Below are positions 58,503-64,000 of a DNA stretch of 64,000 nucleotides, piece by piece. Origin of the DNA: Promethearchaeota archaeon (GTDB lineage: Archaea > Asgardarchaeota > Lokiarchaeia > Sigyniarchaeales > SOKP01); assembly GCA_048938005.1 (NCBI GenBank), contig JBHLMQ010000010.1, forward strand, positions 32,001-96,000, written 5' to 3'. Under the pieces are notes generated by a model that was not told the DNA's origin, searched no databases, and saw only the letters and a program-made list of their open reading frames with translations. How positions within the stretch are numbered: position 1 is the first letter of the stretch; each line of letters begins with the position of its first letter. Position numbers and translations under genes: made by a program.

Positions 58503-60845
58503 ATGAAAGCATCGATTTTAAAAAAATTAAATCTAATAATTGAAGAAGCTAACGCTTTTAAAGATAAAAATAATTTTCAAAAAGCAATTAGAAAGTTTCA
58601 AGAAGCATTAGATTTTATTAATTTAAAGGTTAAAGAAGAAGAAGATAAAAATATTGAAATTGAAAACATAAAAAATGCAATTAATCAAACTTATTCAGTT
58701 CAGGCTGATAACGTAATTCAAGGAGCGATACATTTAACAGCCCAAAAAAAATTTAAGAAAGCTACAGAGCAATTTATGGAAGCACTTAAGTTAGTTGAAA
58801 ATATTGATGAGCCTGGTCTCAAACTTGCTGAAAGTGATGAAATTAATAAATTAATTAGCGAGAATGAAATAGAACAATTAATAACAAATGCCATTGAGTT
58901 GAAGTCTAAAAATCAATTAGATGAAGCTGTAGAAATGTTTAAAACAGGATTACGTATCGCAAAGGAAATTTATGAGTCAGAATTTAGAAATGAAGCTTTA
59001 TTAAGAATTAAAAACGAAATTGATGAAATATATGATTGCCAAATTGATGAAATGGTAGAAAAAGGTAAAAATTATAAAAAAAATGGACAGGATGATGAAG
59101 CTATTAAAACCTTTGAAAAAGCATTGCAATCTATTGAAAAATTCTTTGATCCCGAAGCTAAGAAAACACAAATTAATATTATTAAAAACTTAAACAATGA
59201 AATCTATTCTAATCAAATCAAACCTTTAGTTGAGAAAGGAAAAGATTTAATCAAACAAAATTTAACAGATCAAGCGATTTCTGAGCTCAATAATGCAGTA
59301 ACTTTAATAAATAAGATGTTTGATTCTGAACTCAAAGATCTTGAGATAAGCCTTATTGCTGAAACGTTAAACCCAATTTATATTGAAAGAATTAAACCAT
59401 TAGTAGTTGAGGGAAAACAGATAACTACCCTAGAAAAATTTGAAGAGTCAATAAATTCAATTAATAAAGCAGTTGATTTCTTCCAACAAGCTTTGGATAT
59501 TGCCAATAAAATGGTAAGATCAGAAAGAAAAGAAATACAAATCAAAGAAATTAGTGAATTAATTAATAATTCTTGTATTTCAGGAATAAATGTGATAAAA
59601 GACAAATCAATTCAGAATATAGTCCAAAAAAAATATGATGATGCTGTGAGCGATTTGTATATTGCTTTAAGTTTAGCTAAAAGAATGGTATATCCAGAAG
59701 AAGAAAATCCAGAATTAGAAAATCTCAAAAATCTAGTTAACAAGGTTTATTCTGCTGAAGTTACTGAAGTTATTAATAAGGGAAATAAATTGGTCGAAGA
59801 AAAAGATTATGATAAAGCAATAGAAACTTACAATGAAGCATTAACGATGACAAATAAAATGTACTTAACTGATGAAATGGAAAAAGAAGTTAACATGATT
59901 AAAGGTTTAATTTATGAAACGGAAGTGAAACAATTAGTAGTAAAAGGAGAATTACTTGAACAGCAAAAACTAAAAGAAAAAGAAATTGAAAAACTCAAAA
60001 AAAGATTAGATTATGCTCAATCAATAGATGATCCAGAACGACGAGCTGCTGAAATGGCAAAAATCAAGAAATTAATTGATGATGTTCATTCAGATGAGAT
60101 AAAGTTATTAATTGAACAAGGAAACCAACTTGCTGATTTAAAGAAGTATGATGATGCGTTCAAATTTTATGAAAGAGCTTTAAAAGTTAATAATATGATG
60201 GAAGAACCAGATGTAAAAAATAAAGATTTAATAAAGAGCTCCTATAAGAAAGAACTTATTAATCGGGCAAAACTAGAGATTGAAAATAAAAATTATGATA
60301 ATGCCATTGAAAACTGTAGAAGGGCTTTAGATTTAGATGAAATATTTGTTGATGGATATTACCATATTGGGTTAGCATATAATTACAAAAAGAAATATGA
60401 CGCAGCAATAGAAAACTTTCAAAAAGCTGTTAATTTTGACGAAAAACATATTAAATCATGGAATTCTATGGGCTTAGCATATGAAGCAAAAGAGGATTAT
60501 GATAATGCTCTTCGATATTTAAATAAAGCAATAGAGATTGACCCTGAATTTCTCGATAGTTGGTATAATATTGGAAATTTATATAAACTAAGAAAAGAAT
60601 ACGATAAAGCGATTGAGAGCTATAAAAAAGCAACTGAAGTAAACCCTGAATTCGCAGTAGCCTGGTTCTTTATGGGAAATGCATATTTTGATAAAAAAGA
60701 TTATAATAACGCAGTTCAAAGTATTGAAAAAGCTATTAAAATTGATCCTAATCTAGGCCAAGATGTAAATCCTCTTATAAAAGATTTCAAAAAATCGATC
60801 GAAAAACTCTATGAAACACTTTCAATGCATTTTATTAATAGATAA
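58503..60845 (+). CDS. Large TPR/alpha-solenoid protein
   Basis: Canonical C-terminal TPRs (WNSMGLAY, WYNIGNLY, WFFMGNAY); N-terminal ~500 aa of longer helical repeats. Confidence 0.88.
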   Translation: MKASILKKLNLIIEEANAFKDKNNFQKAIRKFQEALDFINLKVKEEEDKNIEIENIKNAINQTYSVQADNVIQGAIHLTAQKKFKKATEQFMEALKLVENIDEPGLKLAESDEINKLISENEIEQLITNAIELKSKNQLDEAVEMFKTGLRIAKEIYESEFRNEALLRIKNEIDEIYDCQIDEMVEKGKNYKKNGQDDEAIKTFEKALQSIEKFFDPEAKKTQINIIKNLNNEIYSNQIKPLVEKGKDLIKQNLTDQAISELNNAVTLINKMFDSELKDLEISLIAETLNPIYIERIKPLVVEGKQITTLEKFEESINSINKAVDFFQQALDIANKMVRSERKEIQIKEISELINNSCISGINVIKDKSIQNIVQKKYDDAVSDLYIALSLAKRMVYPEEENPELENLKNLVNKVYSAEVTEVINKGNKLVEEKDYDKAIETYNEALTMTNKMYLTDEMEKEVNMIKGLIYETEVKQLVVKGELLEQQKLKEKEIEKLKKRLDYAQSIDDPERRAAEMAKIKKLIDDVHSDEIKLLIEQGNQLADLKKYDDAFKFYERALKVNNMMEEPDVKNKDLIKSSYKKELINRAKLEIENKNYDNAIENCRRALDLDEIFVDGYYHIGLAYNYKKKYDAAIENFQKAVNFDEKHIKSWNSMGLAYEAKEDYDNALRYLNKAIEIDPEFLDSWYNIGNLYKLRKEYDKAIESYKKATEVNPEFAVAWFFMGNAYFDKKDYNNAVQSIEKAIKIDPNLGQDVNPLIKDFKKSIEKLYETLSMHFINR

Positions 60846-60904
60846 TCCTTCTCTTACTGTGTTTACAAAAAAAAATTAGTAAAAATTAGAAAAAGAAAAA
60901 AACG

Positions 60905-62518
60905 TTATTCGATTTTATTTAAGTGTTTTAAACCCATAAAGAATAAAGGAAGAGATATCACAAGATGTATGGAGATGAATATTAGCGTAGGGCTCAATTC
61001 CCAAGCAACTAGGTCAGGAAAAATATCCCCCATCCATACCATCAAGAAGATAAAGCCCATAAACACGCCCATTTGGATACTCACTAGCTTAAATATATTC
61101 ATTCCCATATGTTTTCCCTTTTCTTCAAATGCCGGGCTAAATCCTTGTAATCCAATCGCTTCAATCAGTACAATTATTCCATATGCTAAATAAGCGATGA
61201 AGAACACCACCATATAAACCATATCAAACTCAAATAGGATTGTAAAGAATATGGTCACTCCCAGAGCTAATATTATATTAATAATAAACATCGCAAGAAT
61301 ATAGGAATAGACCAAACCATTCACGTTTCTTGGACTCCTTTTATATACCCATAGCAAGTCTTTACTACCTACAAAGATGAAACTACCAATCATTATGCCA
61401 TAAATCATGCCTCCTATGAAAACTACCATTAACCTTGTAAATCCAATCGATAGAAACTCACCTGGAGCTTCACTCATAGAAAATGAGAAGATTAAGCCAT
61501 AAACACAAGTCATACCAGCCAAAAAAACTAACTTAGCGAGATTTTGCTTTTTTCGGAAAAACTCTTTGAACTGAGTAATTACTAATCCCTCCCATTTTAC
61601 ACCAATAATCCGTCTATTGAATTTATAAAAAGCATTCTCTTTCTCTATAATTGAACTGACCTTTTCAACACCCCCTTCAAGTGTATAGAAGTTTTCTGCT
61701 TTTTTATAAGAAACATATAAGATCAATAAAGGTACAAAAATTACTAGCGCTAAACTCATCCATATATTTAAGATATAGGGGTTTAATAATGTGGCATCAA
61801 AAGTATAGAGTATAACATTAGAGAACCATAGAGGTGGATACCAAATAAGATAATTTTTGAGTTCTGGATTCTCCATTATGAATTGGAACCCAAATTGTAA
61901 ACCATAAATAAGTGCAACCATTCCAATTGAAAGGAATATCAATAATGTTTTAGCAATGTCTCGTGCTTTTTCACTCTTAGCAATCTTGTGTTCCAACCAA
62001 CTCATTATTACGGTACCAATTAAGGTTGCCAGAAATACAAGACCAAATACGCATCCATAAATTACTAGGGTTTGTAAAAACGTCAAGTTAAAAATTGGAT
62101 TCAACATATTTACTAAGATCGGGGTGAGAGCAAATACATAAGAAAAAAGTATAGGTATCTTTCCTAAAAATTCTCCCAAAAAGATATCTGCTGCGGTGAT
62201 TGGGGATGCTAATAGGATTTCTTTAAATTCTACCTCACTCTGACGATATATGTTGTTTAGAGGATAAAGCATAACCATAAGAAAAAAGATCATCATCAAC
62301 TGTTCAATAATCATTGCAATAGCGGGAATTAAAAATGAAGAGATCTCCTCCATACCAGCTAAAGTTGGCATAAATTGATCAAAAATTAACGGACAAAGAA
62401 AAAACGCCCAGAAGAGTAGAAAAGAATATAAAATCAAGAAAAATGCTAACCGATTTTTGCGAAATTTGGAGGTTCTAACCCTCACTTCATTCTTAGCAAT
62501 CTTTAACCATAAAGAAAT
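60905..62518 (-). CDS. ABC-2-type exporter permease (duplicated halves)
   Basis: ~12 TMs, ILLASPI, YKRSP; open frame extends to ATT 62518 (ISLWLKIAKNEVRV). Confidence 0.8.
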   Translation of the reverse strand: MSLWLKIAKNEVRVRTSKFRKNRLAFFLILYSFLLFWAFFLCPLIFDQFMPTLAGMEEISSFLIPAIAMIIEQLMMIFFLMVMLYPLNNIYRQSEVEFKEILLASPITAADIFLGEFLGKIPILFSYVFALTPILVNMLNPIFNLTFLQTLVIYGCVFGLVFLATLIGTVIMSWLEHKIAKSEKARDIAKTLLIFLSIGMVALIYGLQFGFQFIMENPELKNYLIWYPPLWFSNVILYTFDATLLNPYILNIWMSLALVIFVPLLILYVSYKKAENFYTLEGGVEKVSSIIEKENAFYKFNRRIIGVKWEGLVITQFKEFFRKKQNLAKLVFLAGMTCVYGLIFSFSMSEAPGEFLSIGFTRLMVVFIGGMIYGIMIGSFIFVGSKDLLWVYKRSPRNVNGLVYSYILAMFIINIILALGVTIFFTILFEFDMVYMVVFFIAYLAYGIIVLIEAIGLQGFSPAFEEKGKHMGMNIFKLVSIQMGVFMGFIFLMVWMGDIFPDLVAWELSPTLIFISIHLVISLPLFFMGLKHLNKIE

Positions 62519-62524
62519 GTTACA

Positions 62525-63340
62525 TCACTTCTTTTTCTTTTTTTCTTTCTTATTGAGATTTTCACCATTTGGGCCATTTTCGCGCCAGGATAATAAGTCC
62601 TCTATATGAGTTGCACCCATAATCTTAAGATATGCGTCCTCCAAATCTCTTGCATTTTGAGATTCTATAATTTCTCTAGGGCTACCTTGTAATTCCAATA
62701 TTCCTTTATTGATAATTCCTATAATGTCACAGAGTTCTTCAGCCGCATCAAGCAGATGAGTACATATAAAAATTGTCTTATCTGCTTTCTTAGCCAAATC
62801 AGAAATAAGGTTCTTAACCATTCTTGCTGCTGCAGGATCTAAATTAGACGTAGGCTCATCCAGAAAAATGATCTTGGGATCCTGAATTAATGCTGCACAC
62901 AAACATACTTTTTGCTTCATACCACGAGAATATCCTTCAAGTAAGTCGTTTTCCCGCCCCTCAAGATCGAATATATCAAGAAGCTCATCAATACGACTAG
63001 ATATGGTTGCTTTCGGTAAATAATACAGCTCGCTAATGAATTCCAAGAACTCTTTCGCAGTTAATTTTGAATATAATCCAGGAGATTCCGGTAGAAATCC
63101 ACAGATCATCTTCACATCATTAGTTTGGGTGAGAATATTATACCCCCCTACTAATGCTGTACCATTTGACGGGGAAATAATAGCATTTAACATCCTGACG
63201 GTTGTAGTTTTACCTGCTCCATTTGGCCCTAATAAACCATAGGTAGTACCATATGCGATCTCAATATTTAAGTCTCGTACGGCTACAATATCACCAAAAA
63301 TCTTTGTGAGATCTTTGGTTGCTATTGCCAATTTTTCCAT
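62525..63340 (-). CDS. ABC exporter ATP-binding protein
   Basis: GPNGAGKTT, YSRGMKQK, LDEPTSNLD; probable start MEKLAI at 63340. Confidence 0.92.
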   Translation of the reverse strand: MEKLAIATKDLTKIFGDIVAVRDLNIEIAYGTTYGLLGPNGAGKTTTVRMLNAIISPSNGTALVGGYNILTQTNDVKMICGFLPESPGLYSKLTAKEFLEFISELYYLPKATISSRIDELLDIFDLEGRENDLLEGYSRGMKQKVCLCAALIQDPKIIFLDEPTSNLDPAAARMVKNLISDLAKKADKTIFICTHLLDAAEELCDIIGIINKGILELQGSPREIIESQNARDLEDAYLKIMGATHIEDLLSWRENGPNGENLNKKEKKKKK

Positions 63341-63392
63341 TCTGTTTTTTTCACTTCCAAATTTTTTATTATGGGTTTTTTTTTTTAGATTT

Positions 63393-63812
63393 TTAATTTT
63401 CAGCTTCTTTCTCAAATAGATCCTCAAACTCCATTCCTAATCCCATTGCAATTTTAACTAATAAACTATCGTTAAAACTTGAGGTTAGCTCTTTGTCATC
63501 TATTTCGCTCAAAGAAGCTAGTTTTTCGAGGTTGATATCAGCCATTTCAGCAACCTCTCTTAAGTCTGCTAATGATTTGCCCTCTAAGATATCTTTAATT
63601 ATTGGTTCCTGATAAAAAATCTCATCTATTGGTTTTTTCAAGATTTCCGATATTTTAAAAGATATCGTCAAGGATGGATTATATGAACCCCGCTCTAAGT
63701 AGTATATTGTCTGGCGAGAAACCCCTACAAGCTTAGCTAATTCTAACTGAGGCAAGTCTAATTCCTCCCTGAATTGCTTTATCCTTGAAACAATTTTTTT
63801 CTTAAATTTCAA
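63393..63812 (-). CDS. XRE-family HTH regulator with a second degenerate HTH
   Basis: QLELAKLVGVSRQTIYYLERGSYNPSL; second half ends IAMGLGMEFEDLF. Confidence 0.88.
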   Translation of the reverse strand: MKFKKKIVSRIKQFREELDLPQLELAKLVGVSRQTIYYLERGSYNPSLTISFKISEILKKPIDEIFYQEPIIKDILEGKSLADLREVAEMADINLEKLASLSEIDDKELTSSFNDSLLVKIAMGLGMEFEDLFEKEAEN

Positions 63813-63883
63813 CCATTCTCACCATTCTTTTACTCTTTTTGGAGTCGAAATAATCTTAATAATAATAAAAAAAATGTTGAATT

Positions 63884-64000
63884 TTATACCAATTTAAATA
63901 AATCTTCTATTTTACACTCTAGTACTTCCGCAATTCTATACGCCAACGCTAAACTTGGGTTATATCGGCCTTCTTCTAAATAATTTATGGTTTGAATTGG
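63884..64000 (-). CDS. XRE-family HTH regulator, 3' end (truncated by window edge)
   Basis: Manual translation: [38 protein letters not shown]. Confidence 0.8.
   Translation of the reverse strand, partial: PIQTINYLEEGRYNPSLALAYRIAEVLECKIEDLFKLV

Noticed and set aside
62525-62527. Selenocysteine recoding of the in-frame TGA
   Set aside because: It lies in a Lys-rich linker rather than a redox motif, and no SECIS was recognised by eye
5702-63242. Numerous short antisense or alternate-frame ORFs inside long genes (e.g. 5702..6127, 22881..23339 poly-Ser, 33305..33553)
   Set aside because: Shadows of well-supported genes; the poly-Ser is the antisense of the poly-Glu tract

Overview
AT-rich, gene-dense archaeal chromosome segment, most likely Asgard archaea (Lokiarchaeia). 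This is inferred from an HMf-type histone, a BHB-intron tRNA-Arg, an Sm/Lsm protein, Loki-CTERM surface proteins, a longin protein, roadblock-small-GTPase fusions and a RING-H2 protein. Metabolic genes include a glycyl-radical enzyme (truncated, not in the ORF track), acyl-CoA enzymes, tungsten AOR and thiN/thiD/thiC. The most notable items are: (1) a longin + FG-GAP beta-propeller + mu-homology-like cluster resembling a proto-adaptor/coat (19.2-23.6 kb); (2) tandem roadblock-Rab-like GTPase-pseudoGTPase fusions with an altered G3 motif, next to a RING-TPR gene; (3) a 7.5 kb block inside the thiamine cluster in which three surface-protein genes share a palindromic upstream element and sit with two membrane-tethered wHTH regulators; (4) an Opp transporter whose two ATPases each carry an extra multi-pass membrane domain; (5) a histone flanked by three GNAT acetyltransferases; (6) several genes that appear to start at ATA/ATT. 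All family calls come from motif recognition by eye; no database searches were run.
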